A DNA stretch of 48,398 bases from Candidatus Yanofskybacteria bacterium (GTDB lineage: Bacteria > Patescibacteriota > Minisyncoccia > 2-02-FULL-40-12 > GWA2-44-9), in NCBI GenBank assembly GCA_016181145.1, contig JACOZW010000023.1, positions 1 through 48,398 of the forward strand, written 5' to 3'. The first letter of the stretch is position 1. Each line of letters begins with the position of its first letter. The translations under genes were made by a program, and so were the position numbers. Below the pieces are notes generated by a model. That model was not told the origin of the DNA. It searched no databases and saw nothing but the letters and a program-made list of their open reading frames with translations. This document shows positions 1 through 9,583 of the stretch, one piece after another.

Positions 1-78
1 AATAAAAAAACGACGCCGTCTTTCTCGCGCCAAATTATCAACATAAGAACCGCGTGGTTGATAAGCTCTACCGGCCAT
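1..78 (-). CDS. 5' end of a gene running off the window (basic stretch, possibly FtsQ-like membrane protein)
   Basis: ATG at 78 opens MAGRAYQPRGSYVDNLARERRRRFFI with no stop before the window edge. Confidence 0.4.
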   Translation of the reverse strand, partial: MAGRAYQPRGSYVDNLARERRRRFFI

Positions 79-253
79 ATATTTTTTATCCCTTTTTAAT
101 TTCTAGGAAGCTATCCGATAAGTCTCTTTCTTAACGAAAGTTTCAAATTTTGAGATAGAAGTTATTTAAATTTTTGAAGAATAGTTGATACTATTCAGAG
201 AAAATTTAAATAATCTTATAGCCTAAATTTGAAATTTGCAGTAGAATACGGAC

Positions 254-1537
254 TTATTGGATAGCTTCCAGCCCACCCATATATTTTTGCAAAACTTTAG
301 GAATCTTAACTGTCCCCTTCTCGGTCTGATAATTTTCCATAATGGCAATCAGCGTACGACCAGCAAATGCAGTCGCGTCATTCATGTGAACAAATTCGGA
401 CTTATTATCTCTCTTGAACTTAATAGCAAGGCGACGAGATTGAAAATCAGTCATTAAGTCTGAAGTATGAGTCTCGCGATATTTGTTTTGACCAGGCATC
501 CAGGTTTCAATATCGATCTGGCGGGCATCCGGTGCGCCCATATCGCCGCTACAGATCGCCACAACCTGGTATGGCAGTTCCAGATCCTGAATCATATATT
601 CCTGAATCGCGACTATGAAATCCTGTTCTTTGACAGAATCTTCCGGCAAAGTAAAAGATTCCATCTCCAATTTATCGAATTGATGCACCCTAAGCATCCC
701 CTTCATATCTTTGCCGTAAGAACCTGCTTCACGACGAAATGCAGTTGAAAAACCAACATATCTTAAAGGCAGGTTTTCTATTTTTATAAATTCATCCATG
801 TGCATTGAACCGAGAGTGTGTTCGGCACTGCCTATTAGATAGAGGTTGTCACTCGAGATGTGATATCGTTCTTCTTTGGGTTCAAGGCGTCCCATTTTTT
901 GAAATACATCCGGCTTAATAAAAACTGGCGGTAAGACCGGAATAAACGGAGTGTCGGGAACATCCAGCTTTGCCTTTTTTATTATTTTTTTAAGCTGACC
1001 GCTGTCAGTTAAAACAGACAGAGCATATTGCATCAGGGCAAATTCCATCAACGCCAAACCGCCTTTCATATAAACAAATCTCGCTCCTGAGACTTTAGCC
1101 GCCCTCTCGCTATCCAGAATATCCAATTCCTGACCCAACTCCCAGTGCTCTTTTGGCTTAAATGGGAATCCTGATATTTTACCAACTTGCCGGATAACTT
1201 TATTCCCAGACTCATCTACACCAACGGGAGTATCCTCCGAAGGGATATTAGGAACTTTTAACATTATCTCGTGGAACTTCTTTTCAATCTCAGTCAAACC
1301 GCCTTCCAGCTCCTTAAATTTTTCTTTTATTTTCTTTAGCTCCTCAATACCTTCAGGCGACTGCGGACCTTTTGACTTGCTATTTTGTTCAGCCTTCAGT
1401 GATTCGGATGACTCCATTATCTGCCTTCTCTTTTTGTCTATTTCCAATAACTCATCTACATCAACATTGGCCTTCTTATTTTTAACGGCTTCTTTCACAA
1501 TCTCCGGATTATCCCTTATGAATTTAATATCGAGCAT
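254..1537 (-). CDS. serS: Seryl-tRNA synthetase
   Basis: MLDIKFIR start, coiled-coil arm, FRREAGSYGKD..G..RVHQF.K.E motif 2, ENYQ C-terminal region. Confidence 0.98.
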   Translation of the reverse strand: MLDIKFIRDNPEIVKEAVKNKKANVDVDELLEIDKKRRQIMESSESLKAEQNSKSKGPQSPEGIEELKKIKEKFKELEGGLTEIEKKFHEIMLKVPNIPSEDTPVGVDESGNKVIRQVGKISGFPFKPKEHWELGQELDILDSERAAKVSGARFVYMKGGLALMEFALMQYALSVLTDSGQLKKIIKKAKLDVPDTPFIPVLPPVFIKPDVFQKMGRLEPKEERYHISSDNLYLIGSAEHTLGSMHMDEFIKIENLPLRYVGFSTAFRREAGSYGKDMKGMLRVHQFDKLEMESFTLPEDSVKEQDFIVAIQEYMIQDLELPYQVVAICSGDMGAPDARQIDIETWMPGQNKYRETHTSDLMTDFQSRRLAIKFKRDNKSEFVHMNDATAFAGRTLIAIMENYQTEKGTVKIPKVLQKYMGGLEAIQ

Positions 1538-1552
1538 AATTATCTTTTAAAT

Positions 1553-3052
1553 TTATTTCAATGCTACTTCTCTGCCTGATTTTGTTTTCCGATCAGCTAC
1601 ATCAGATATAGTCTCGGCAACCTTGTTGCTATGGGCAACTATGTAATCGTTTACCCGACGGCCTTGTATAAATATATCCCGAACTAAGTCTTTCGACAAT
1701 GAGATATTCCCTAGCCTCAACTTGGCTATGATGCTGGTGAGTATTTTTAAGTCGCCTCCCAGAGAAACCTCAGTTCTTTTACCGCCATCTTCCAGATCAA
1801 TCATCTCTGAAGATTGGTATCCTTTAAGGTCATCGGCTATAGAGGCTTCTAGGCCAAGTTTAACCAGGACCCGCCTGAAGCCTTCTATTAACTCATCCTC
1901 TTTTATTAAATCGGCCTGATATAAAGCTATCAGATTTTTTTCTCTGCCGGACTCCAAGATGCTTTTTATAAGCGTCGCCAGAACTACTCTCTGGTCATAG
2001 GCAGATTCACCCACTATCGGTTTAATATCGGGTTTTTTATCCTGAAGATACTGCATTAGTTCAAATGTTATGTTCTGGGTCCTACCCTCGACCAAGATTG
2101 GCCACAATCCGGAAACTTCTTTTCCCCTGAGTATCTGTTCTATATCATCATGTTTAGCCAGATTGGCCTGAAGAGAGTGGATGATTTCATGAACTAAGGC
2201 ATTTAAATAAAGATTCGGATCAACTTCACCTTTGCGATTCAGAAAAATACCTGGGAAAATTAAGATTTCCGGACTTAGTTTTTTGGGTATGCTCGCTAAA
2301 TCTCCAGTAGCGGCCAAAGTGTTTTTATCTTTTAAATTGACGGCATATGTTCCGGCGACTAAACCGTTCAACTCCAGGCGGTCATGGATTTTGAAAGACA
2401 GTTTAGCGGGAGATACGGTTTCCCTGAGCAAGCTCCTGATCTCTCTCGAGTCATCCAATAATAAATTCGACCAGATAATATCGCCCAGATTCGATCGGAT
2501 AAATTCGTGGGCATCTTTTACTATTTCAGGATTTTTTCTTACTGATTCCAATGCCGCGTGTTTTTTCTGGATAAAAATCCTCAATTCATCTCTGGGTATG
2601 TAAGCTCCGGCATATCCTCGCTCCTGCTCAAGGTCTTCAGGTGAACCAATTTCTGCTCCTTCTAAAATTTCTGCGGTCAGCTTATTTAATTCTTCTGATA
2701 GATGTTTCTGGCAATCTTCTACCCACGCATAGAACTCGGGATCTTCTTCTTTTACTCTCTTCTTAAAGTCTTCTATCTTTTTTGTGGACAAATCCTTTTC
2801 CAGATTAAATTCTACACCCTCAGCACCCTTCACTAATTTGAGCTGGTCGGCGGCACTCTGGCCCTCTAAATCCTGAAAGGCTAAAAAACCAAACATAATA
2901 AGCCTGGATATCCTGTTTCCGATCATTCTTCTGAAAAAATTTAGGCTGCGCTCTCGGCCCTGACCATTATCCGGGCCAGCAACTTTTGCCGGAGCTAGCT
3001 CCGGCTGTTGAGAAAAGTCACCTTTTTTTTCCTTTCCGCCAAAATATTTCAT
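1553..3052 (-). CDS. Hypothetical protein with zincin-like HEXXH motif
   Basis: 499 aa ORF between lysS and serS; LVHEIIHSLQ with downstream EG. Confidence 0.6.
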   Translation of the reverse strand: MKYFGGKEKKGDFSQQPELAPAKVAGPDNGQGRERSLNFFRRMIGNRISRLIMFGFLAFQDLEGQSAADQLKLVKGAEGVEFNLEKDLSTKKIEDFKKRVKEEDPEFYAWVEDCQKHLSEELNKLTAEILEGAEIGSPEDLEQERGYAGAYIPRDELRIFIQKKHAALESVRKNPEIVKDAHEFIRSNLGDIIWSNLLLDDSREIRSLLRETVSPAKLSFKIHDRLELNGLVAGTYAVNLKDKNTLAATGDLASIPKKLSPEILIFPGIFLNRKGEVDPNLYLNALVHEIIHSLQANLAKHDDIEQILRGKEVSGLWPILVEGRTQNITFELMQYLQDKKPDIKPIVGESAYDQRVVLATLIKSILESGREKNLIALYQADLIKEDELIEGFRRVLVKLGLEASIADDLKGYQSSEMIDLEDGGKRTEVSLGGDLKILTSIIAKLRLGNISLSKDLVRDIFIQGRRVNDYIVAHSNKVAETISDVADRKTKSGREVALK

Positions 3053-3069
3053 CTTTTTTCAACTCTAGA

Positions 3070-4533
3070 CTACTGTTTCGGCCGCATTAACGGAAAAATT
3101 TGAGTTTCCCTAATGGGTTTATTCATTAAAAAGCTAAACAATCGCTCGCTAAAACCGTGGCCTGCGGTAGGAGGCATACCGTATTCCAGAGCTTCAATAA
3201 AATCATAATCTGCCATTTGAGCTTCTTGGTCGCCCGACTTTCGCATCTTTTCCTGAGCTTCAAATCGCTCTCTCTGATCAATCGGATCATTAAGCTCGCT
3301 ATATCCCTGACCCACTTCCGAACCGGCAATAATAAAATGAAAACGCTCGGTAATATCCGGATTTTTAGCCGAAGCCTTAGCAAGAGGCGAGATTATTTTT
3401 GGTTCATTAATAAGAATAGCTGGTCCGCCTATATTTTTGCGGCAATATTTCCATAGAGAATCAATAAACCGTCCACGATTTTCAACAGCATATTCAACCT
3501 TAAGATCGTCCAGTTTCTTTTGTATCTCTTTATCGGTTGCCTTCCAGATGTCGATATTTGTCTGTTTCCTAATCTCTTCGGTATAATCTATCAGTGGCCA
3601 GTCAGATGCAAGATCTATATCAAAACCATTTATCTTGAACTGAAGCGTTCCGAAAGTTTTTTGAGCAATATAGCGATAGCATTCTTTCAAAAACTTATAC
3701 ATATCTTCGTAGTCAGCATAAGCCCAATAAGCTTCGCATTGAGTGTAGTCCTGCAAATGTTCGGCCGACATTCCTTCATTGCGGAAAATCCTGCCGATTT
3801 CGAATGTTTTTTCAAATCCAGCAACCATCAATTTTTTCTGCCAAAGCTCTCCGGCTGAGATACGAAGATAAACGTCCATATCCAATGCGTCATGATGGGT
3901 CTTGAAAGGGTTTGCATCCGCTCCGCCGACAGTAGTCTCTAAGACCGGAGTTTCAACTTCCAAAAATCCGTTTTTGACATGAAATTCTCTGACCGCATTC
4001 CAGAAAATAGCCCTCTTTTCGACAATTTGTCTTGATTCCGGATTAAAAATAAAATCAAGATACCTCTTCCTTAAACGATCTTCTGTATCCTGCAGGCCAT
4101 GCCACTTTTCCGGCAAAGGAAGAAGGGCTTTAGTCAAAATCCTGAAATCTTTTACTTCGAGAGTTTTTTCTTCTTTTTTGGTTTTAAATAAAGTACCGCT
4201 TATTTCAACAAAATCTCCGATATCACTAAGATCGGAAAAATTAGAAAAAATTTCTTTTCCTACGATATCTTCTTTTATAAATCCCTGAATTTTACCGCTA
4301 CCGTCTCGGAGATCAAAGAATATCGCTCCACCCATATCTCTTCGGGCCATTACTCGTCCGGCTAGGGTAAGTTTCTCTTTTGATTCAGAGAATTTATCAA
4401 AGTTTTCCAATGCTCCGGCGATCGCATGCGTCCGTCCCGAAACAGCCGGATACGGATCAAAACCGGCTTTCCTAAGCTTTTCTAATTTATCTACTTTAGT
4501 TTTACGGATTTCATCTAAGGACATATTCGCCAA
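3070..4533 (-). CDS. lysS: Lysyl-tRNA synthetase class II (start may be ATG at 4524)
   Basis: OB-fold, LPEKWHGLQD..R.R.RYLD, FEIGRIFRNEG, YSELNDP, ALEYGMPPTAG, FPLMRP. Confidence 0.98.
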   Translation of the reverse strand: MANMSLDEIRKTKVDKLEKLRKAGFDPYPAVSGRTHAIAGALENFDKFSESKEKLTLAGRVMARRDMGGAIFFDLRDGSGKIQGFIKEDIVGKEIFSNFSDLSDIGDFVEISGTLFKTKKEEKTLEVKDFRILTKALLPLPEKWHGLQDTEDRLRKRYLDFIFNPESRQIVEKRAIFWNAVREFHVKNGFLEVETPVLETTVGGADANPFKTHHDALDMDVYLRISAGELWQKKLMVAGFEKTFEIGRIFRNEGMSAEHLQDYTQCEAYWAYADYEDMYKFLKECYRYIAQKTFGTLQFKINGFDIDLASDWPLIDYTEEIRKQTNIDIWKATDKEIQKKLDDLKVEYAVENRGRFIDSLWKYCRKNIGGPAILINEPKIISPLAKASAKNPDITERFHFIIAGSEVGQGYSELNDPIDQRERFEAQEKMRKSGDQEAQMADYDFIEALEYGMPPTAGHGFSERLFSFLMNKPIRETQIFPLMRPKQ

Positions 4534-4666
4534 AGGATCTAATTGGAGCTGATATTATAAACAAATTATAGCAATATAAAATTTAAAGGTAAATATGCGG
4601 CCTCATTGTAAAATCCATATTTTTGGTTATACTCAGCCTCAGATGCTTTAAAAACCGGGGCTAAGC

Positions 4667-5317
4667 ATGGAAATAAGCAAAGAAGAACTCGAGCTTCTCA
4701 TAGATGCACGGATATCACAGCATATTACTAATTTTTTATTTCCCGATCTAAAAGTATATATTTTCCCGGGCGGCAAAAAACCGGTAAGAGCTACAGATGG
4801 CGCCATCGGCTTTGATTTTTTTCTGAGGGCCGTCGTAGATCCATTTGAGATGGATCCGATTAACCCGGTACTAAGAAAGACTATATTTAATTTTAAAGAT
4901 TTTCCCAAAAATAATCCCGTCGCAGATGGACACATGATTCACTATCCGAGCGAAAAAGGAAACGAGCTTGCATACAGACTGGATCCCGGAGAATCAATCC
5001 TGGTCGGCGTTGGCTGTACAATAGAAATGCCATTCCCTATGTTTCACTGGGTTGCCCCAAGAAGCGGTCTGGCATCCAAATGGAAGGTTACGGTCACTAA
5101 CGCCCCCGGGACAGTTGATCCTGACTATCGGGGTGAGGCCGGAGTCCTATTACTAAATATCAATAGTAATCCAATCCCGCTGACCAAAGACATGAAAATA
5201 GCTCAGGCAATATTTCAAATGGCTATTATTCCGAACCTGATCGAAGTTACTTCTCATAAAGAACTAACAACAACCAAAAGAGGTGTAGGCGGTTTCGGAT
5301 CAACCGGCATTAGATAG
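4667..5317 (+). CDS. dut: Trimeric dUTPase with long insertion between motifs I and II
   Basis: GAIGFD, PRSGLA, NAPGTVDPDYRGE, KIAQ, RGVGGFGSTG. Confidence 0.93.
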   Translation: MEISKEELELLIDARISQHITNFLFPDLKVYIFPGGKKPVRATDGAIGFDFFLRAVVDPFEMDPINPVLRKTIFNFKDFPKNNPVADGHMIHYPSEKGNELAYRLDPGESILVGVGCTIEMPFPMFHWVAPRSGLASKWKVTVTNAPGTVDPDYRGEAGVLLLNINSNPIPLTKDMKIAQAIFQMAIIPNLIEVTSHKELTTTKRGVGGFGSTGIR

Positions 5318-5319
5318 TT

Positions 5320-5344
5320 AAAACCCCCTTATATTGGGGGTTTT
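5320..5344 (+). terminator. Intrinsic terminator after dut
   Basis: AAAACCCCC-ttatatt-GGGGGTTTT. Confidence 0.7.
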
Positions 5345-5352
5345 ATTAACTC

Positions 5353-5381
5353 TTGACATTTATACTGAATTATGATATACT
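5353..5381 (+). promoter_or_regulatory. Sigma70 promoter
   Basis: TTGACA-N17-TATACT with extended TGn. Confidence 0.75.
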
Positions 5382-5450
5382 TAAAGCACGATGGGATTAA
5401 CCCATCATCCGTAAACCACTTCCCCGCCAAGGCGGGGGGAGGGACGACAG

Positions 5451-5681
5451 ATGAGAATAACAAGCGTGCGGGAGAGCAAGAAGGGCTTTGTGATCACAGT
5501 CGTACAGGAGGGACGTTCGACAACGTTCCACCTCCACGGCACGACCGACGCCTACGGGCGTCAGTGGAATGTTCTCGACGGCACCTTCACGGTAAGGACG
5601 CCGGAGAACGTCGACTCGCTGGACCCGCGCCCGGGTCCGGCGCCGAAGACCGAAGAGGTCACGACAGTCACCGCCGAATAA
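5451..5681 (+). CDS. Small GC-rich hypothetical protein (76 aa)
   Basis: Own promoter, GGAGG SD and terminator bracket this ORF exactly. Confidence 0.65.
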   Translation: MRITSVRESKKGFVITVVQEGRSTTFHLHGTTDAYGRQWNVLDGTFTVRTPENVDSLDPRPGPAPKTEEVTTVTAE

Positions 5682-5701
5682 GGGATCGCTCCCAAATCGG
5701 C

Positions 5702-5730
5702 AAGGACCGCGCAACGCGCGGTCCTTTTTC
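5702..5730. terminator. Terminator between the 76-aa ORF and convergent greA
   Basis: AAGGACCGCGC-aac-GCGCGGTCCTT followed by TTT. Confidence 0.75.
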
Positions 5731-5731
5731 A

Positions 5732-6190
5732 TTATTTAACTTCGAGTATCTTATATTCCACTATACCTTTTGGTGTTTTTACATCTACATTATCCCCTTT
5801 CTTTTTACCAAGAAAAGCGCTTCCTAGAGGAGATTCATTTGAAATAAAACCTCTGAGCGGATCTGATTCGGCCGCCCCAACAATAACAAAATCCTGAGTG
5901 CCGTTTTTTGACTGAACTTTGACTCCTGAACCAATATCAACAGTGCTCTTGCCAGAACTTCCCTTAAAGACTTTAGCATTATCTAAAATATCTTTTATCT
6001 CTTCGATCCTGCCCTCGTTAACGGCCTGAGCCTCTTTAGCTGCATCGAAACCGGCGTTTTCTGATATATCGCCCTCCTCTTTTGCCTCTTTCAGTCTCTT
6101 GGCGATCTCGCCACGCAGTACACTAATGCGATGCTCATATTCACTCTTTAATTTTTCCAACCCTTCTGGGGTAAAGTATTGTTCATCCAT
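5732..6190 (-). CDS. greA: Transcription elongation factor GreA
   Basis: TPEGLEKL, GDISENAGFDAAKE, ISNESPLGSAFLGKKKGD. Confidence 0.97.
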   Translation of the reverse strand: MDEQYFTPEGLEKLKSEYEHRISVLRGEIAKRLKEAKEEGDISENAGFDAAKEAQAVNEGRIEEIKDILDNAKVFKGSSGKSTVDIGSGVKVQSKNGTQDFVIVGAAESDPLRGFISNESPLGSAFLGKKKGDNVDVKTPKGIVEYKILEVK

Positions 6191-6363
6191 GTTGTTAGTA
6201 AGTTATGATGAAGTAGCTTAACACTCCTATACAAAAAGGCAAGCTTTCTTTTGTGGGTAACGGTATGAATGTAAAGTGTAAATATCAAAATGGAAAATGA
6301 CAGTTCAAGATCTTAAAATTTTATAATTTTACATTATAATTTTTAATTTTGATTTTTAAATTT

Positions 6364-8256
6364 TTAATTTCTACTGAAGTACCATTTGAGTACCTCGCTA
6401 GCTACTTTAATCGCCAATCCCTGCTGAGTAGGACTTGCCCCCTCTATCAGGATTGTCATTGCCAGCTCTGGATTTTCATGAGGCGTAAAAACAATTAAAA
6501 AAGAGTTAACTGACCTGCCCTTAACAACTTCGGCAGTTCCTGTTTTTGCTCCGGCAGTAACCGGGAGATCTTTAAGCGGCTGGGCAGTTCCGGATAATAC
6601 GGTCTCTCTCATGGCATTTCTAACCTCATTAATAACGCCTTCAGAAAATGGCAGACTGCCAATTACTTCAGAATTGAATTCAGCCACAGTTTCTTGATCT
6701 CTATTAACAACCCTATTCCCGATTAATGGTTTGTAAAAATTACCACCATTAGCAATAGCCGACACATAACTATTAAGCCACAGGGGCGTAACCAGCAAGT
6801 CGCCCTGGCCTATAGAAATATTATATGTATCACCGAGATACCAAGCCTCGCCTTTTTCCCTGAGCTTCCATTCGGGACTGGGAACGAAACCCTTTTCTTC
6901 ACCCGGCATATCCAAGCCCAAAGCAGAAGCAATGAGCGAAGCATTAAAATACTTTATTAACCTCTCAGCGCCAAGACCATTAATATTGCCAAAGCCTCCG
7001 CCCATCGTAAAAAAATAAATATTGCATGAGTTGGCTATCGCCCGCCTAAGATTAAACGGCCCATACTCAACCCGCCAATTTTTAAAAACATAGGGATTAT
7101 CCTGGTCATAAGGATTAGCAATGGTTAAATCAACGCAGTCCTCAATTGTATCGCCAGGAGTCATTATTTTCTCCTGCAGACCGGCCATACCGACAAGAGG
7201 TTTAATCGTCGAACCGGGGTTATATAAACCGCCGACAACGCGATTAAAAAGTGGCTTAGATTTATTCTCAAATAAACGCCTATAATCGCCCTCGGAAATA
7301 CTGGAGCTAAAGATATTGTTATCGAAACCCGGAAAGCTAACCAGAGCCCTGACCGATCCGTCTCTGGGATCCTGCACTATCGCGGCTGCCCTAGATAAAC
7401 CCGAATCACGCAAAACGGAGAATACTTCATCGTACAGCTTTACCTGAAGATCATGATCGATATTTAAAATAAGGCTATTGCCGGATGTCGGCTCTTTAGT
7501 TATGTGTCCGGCCTCACCGCGGGAGAAGAAAATATTACCATGCACGCCCCGCAGAAATTTTTCATATTGATTTTCGATTCCAAGGCGACCCACCACATCC
7601 GTTGTAAAATAATAATCGTCCCCCAAGTCATCTTTGCTTACCTTACCGGTATAACCTATAATCTGGGAAAATTTAGGGCCATCCAGATACTCCCTCTTTG
7701 TATCCGGTACAACATAAAAACCTTTCGGATCGAGATATTCAATTGCCAGAGCCTGATCCTTAGTTAGCTCAAGATGAACAAAAAAAGTGCTATTAAATTT
7801 CATTTGATCAATAATCTTTTGATGCAATATGTCTGGATTCTGGCCGAGTATCTGAGCAATTTTGATCACATGCCCTCCTAAATCTTCTGAACTATCTTTC
7901 AATTCCCTGGTGATAGCCAATAGATTAAACACCGGTATATTTCTAACCAGAACCAGACCATTGCGATCCAATATGGCTCCACGCGGAGGCGGGAGAGGAA
8001 AATTAGCCGACTTGTTCTGAAAGGCAAGCTTAGAAAAAACATCATGGTCGATGATAGAATTTTTAAAAACAAAAGATAAGATGATCAAAAATACAAGCGA
8101 GAACACAACCATAAAGAGACGAAAGACTAATCCGGAAATCGGTTGTTCGATATCTGAATACTGACTATCTGAATCAAGCAAAGTCTCTTCGGGTGCTACC
8201 CAATCATCACTTTCAACGGATATGCCGTAGTAATTTTTATTTCTTTTTAAGAACAT
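6364..8256 (-). CDS. mrdA: Penicillin-binding protein 2
   Basis: PPRGAILDRNG, PGSTIK (SxxK), SCN, KTGTAE; follows mreBCD; ATG 8256 preferred over 8292. Confidence 0.93.
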   Translation of the reverse strand: MFLKRNKNYYGISVESDDWVAPEETLLDSDSQYSDIEQPISGLVFRLFMVVFSLVFLIILSFVFKNSIIDHDVFSKLAFQNKSANFPLPPPRGAILDRNGLVLVRNIPVFNLLAITRELKDSSEDLGGHVIKIAQILGQNPDILHQKIIDQMKFNSTFFVHLELTKDQALAIEYLDPKGFYVVPDTKREYLDGPKFSQIIGYTGKVSKDDLGDDYYFTTDVVGRLGIENQYEKFLRGVHGNIFFSRGEAGHITKEPTSGNSLILNIDHDLQVKLYDEVFSVLRDSGLSRAAAIVQDPRDGSVRALVSFPGFDNNIFSSSISEGDYRRLFENKSKPLFNRVVGGLYNPGSTIKPLVGMAGLQEKIMTPGDTIEDCVDLTIANPYDQDNPYVFKNWRVEYGPFNLRRAIANSCNIYFFTMGGGFGNINGLGAERLIKYFNASLIASALGLDMPGEEKGFVPSPEWKLREKGEAWYLGDTYNISIGQGDLLVTPLWLNSYVSAIANGGNFYKPLIGNRVVNRDQETVAEFNSEVIGSLPFSEGVINEVRNAMRETVLSGTAQPLKDLPVTAGAKTGTAEVVKGRSVNSFLIVFTPHENPELAMTILIEGASPTQQGLAIKVASEVLKWYFSRN

Positions 8257-8785
8257 AGGCAAAAATAGCAGAAAAAATACACGACCATACAAAAATAGTT
8301 ATTATAGCACCCGCATCAAGAAGAATACTCCAAGTACCCCATGTCCTGTAAATACTAGTTAGGGCGAATTTATCAGTGCCGATCCGGTCAAATACATCAA
8401 GTCCGTTAAACTGGCCGAAAAATATAAATAGCCATGAATATATATATGAGAGAACCATCAAAACAAAGGATCGGGCTAAAATTACGGCAAAAGAAACTGC
8501 ATTGTCCAGTCCAGCGCTTATCTCAATAAAATGGTCAATAGCAAAATATACAAAAGCGGTGATTAGAAGCGGTATTAGGCTAGAGCCTATCTGGGCCCCC
8601 GTAAATAACTCCCCGACCAGACTGAAGATAGCCAACTGAATTGCGGCTTTTTTAAAATCCGAGGCATTAACAATAATCGCTAAAATAAATATGGGAGTAA
8701 TCAAAAAAAGTTCCGTACCCTCGATGGCCGGCAGCAACAGATTCTCAAGAACTAAGAATAAAATATAAATAAAAAACAGCGTCAT
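8237..8785 (-). CDS. mreD: MreD-like membrane protein
   Basis: Multi-TM 182 aa protein between mreC and PBP2; assigned mainly by position. Confidence 0.6.
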   Translation of the reverse strand: MTLFFIYILFLVLENLLLPAIEGTELFLITPIFILAIIVNASDFKKAAIQLAIFSLVGELFTGAQIGSSLIPLLITAFVYFAIDHFIEISAGLDNAVSFAVILARSFVLMVLSYIYSWLFIFFGQFNGLDVFDRIGTDKFALTSIYRTWGTWSILLDAGAIITIFVWSCIFSAIFAYVLKKK

Positions 8786-9573
8786 TTTATCAATACCATA
8801 ACCCGGCTTATGTTAACTTGACTCATCATTGGGCTAACCTGAACTTTTTTGAACACATTGCCGTCTTCCGCACTGATGTGGCTAATTTTTCCGATTATAA
8901 AACCTGGAGGCAACGGATCGTTACCATTTGTTATTACTATGTCACCCTCCTTGATTTCATCTTTCTGGGAGATAAAATCGATAAAAATTCCTTCATGGAG
9001 ACTTCCTCGGGCAATACCGGATATATTTGTTTCTAGTATCCTAATGGTGGCTTTAAAGCTAGAGTCAGTTACGACCCCCACTACCGAATACGAATCAAAG
9101 ACCTCTAATATTCTCCCGACTAAAACACCGGACGAAGAGACAACCGATGAATCGCGCCTGATACCGTCAGCAAATCCTTTATTTATTAATAAACGATGAC
9201 CATCTGGCCCAAAACTAACATTAAATGTACCCGCATCAACAATCTTGAACTCGGAAAGACCGGGGAGATTCATGGCCTCTCTAAGCAGTTTATTATCTTC
9301 TTCCGCCTGAAGCTGAGTGGCAATACGCGATAAAAGACGCGTATTCTCTTCACGCAGATACTTGTTTTCTCCAGCCAGATCACGAATCCTGCCAAGTTCT
9401 GCAAAAAAAGAGCTGATAGAGCTCAGGCGAGAAAACAAAAAAGCACTGGGTTTGTTAAAAAGGCGGGCAATGGGGCTTTCAAATTTAATGTTTGTAAATC
9501 CTAAAAAGACGAGCAGTCCCGCTACTATAATAAATAATGCCTGTTTCCAGAATTTTAGATTTTCCATTTTCAA
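8782..9573 (-). CDS. mreC: Rod shape-determining protein MreC
   Basis: TM, coiled coil, INKGFADGI, GVLVGRI, GDIVITNG..LPPGFIIG. Confidence 0.93.
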   Translation of the reverse strand: MKMENLKFWKQALFIIVAGLLVFLGFTNIKFESPIARLFNKPSAFLFSRLSSISSFFAELGRIRDLAGENKYLREENTRLLSRIATQLQAEEDNKLLREAMNLPGLSEFKIVDAGTFNVSFGPDGHRLLINKGFADGIRRDSSVVSSSGVLVGRILEVFDSYSVVGVVTDSSFKATIRILETNISGIARGSLHEGIFIDFISQKDEIKEGDIVITNGNDPLPPGFIIGKISHISAEDGNVFKKVQVSPMMSQVNISRVMVLIK

Positions 9574-9583
9574 TTTTAAATTT

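Noticed and set aside
5372..5827. 151-aa plus and 111-aa minus ORFs
   Set aside because: Shadow frames: they start in the promoter or cross terminators and greA; 5451-5681 has the SD and boundaries
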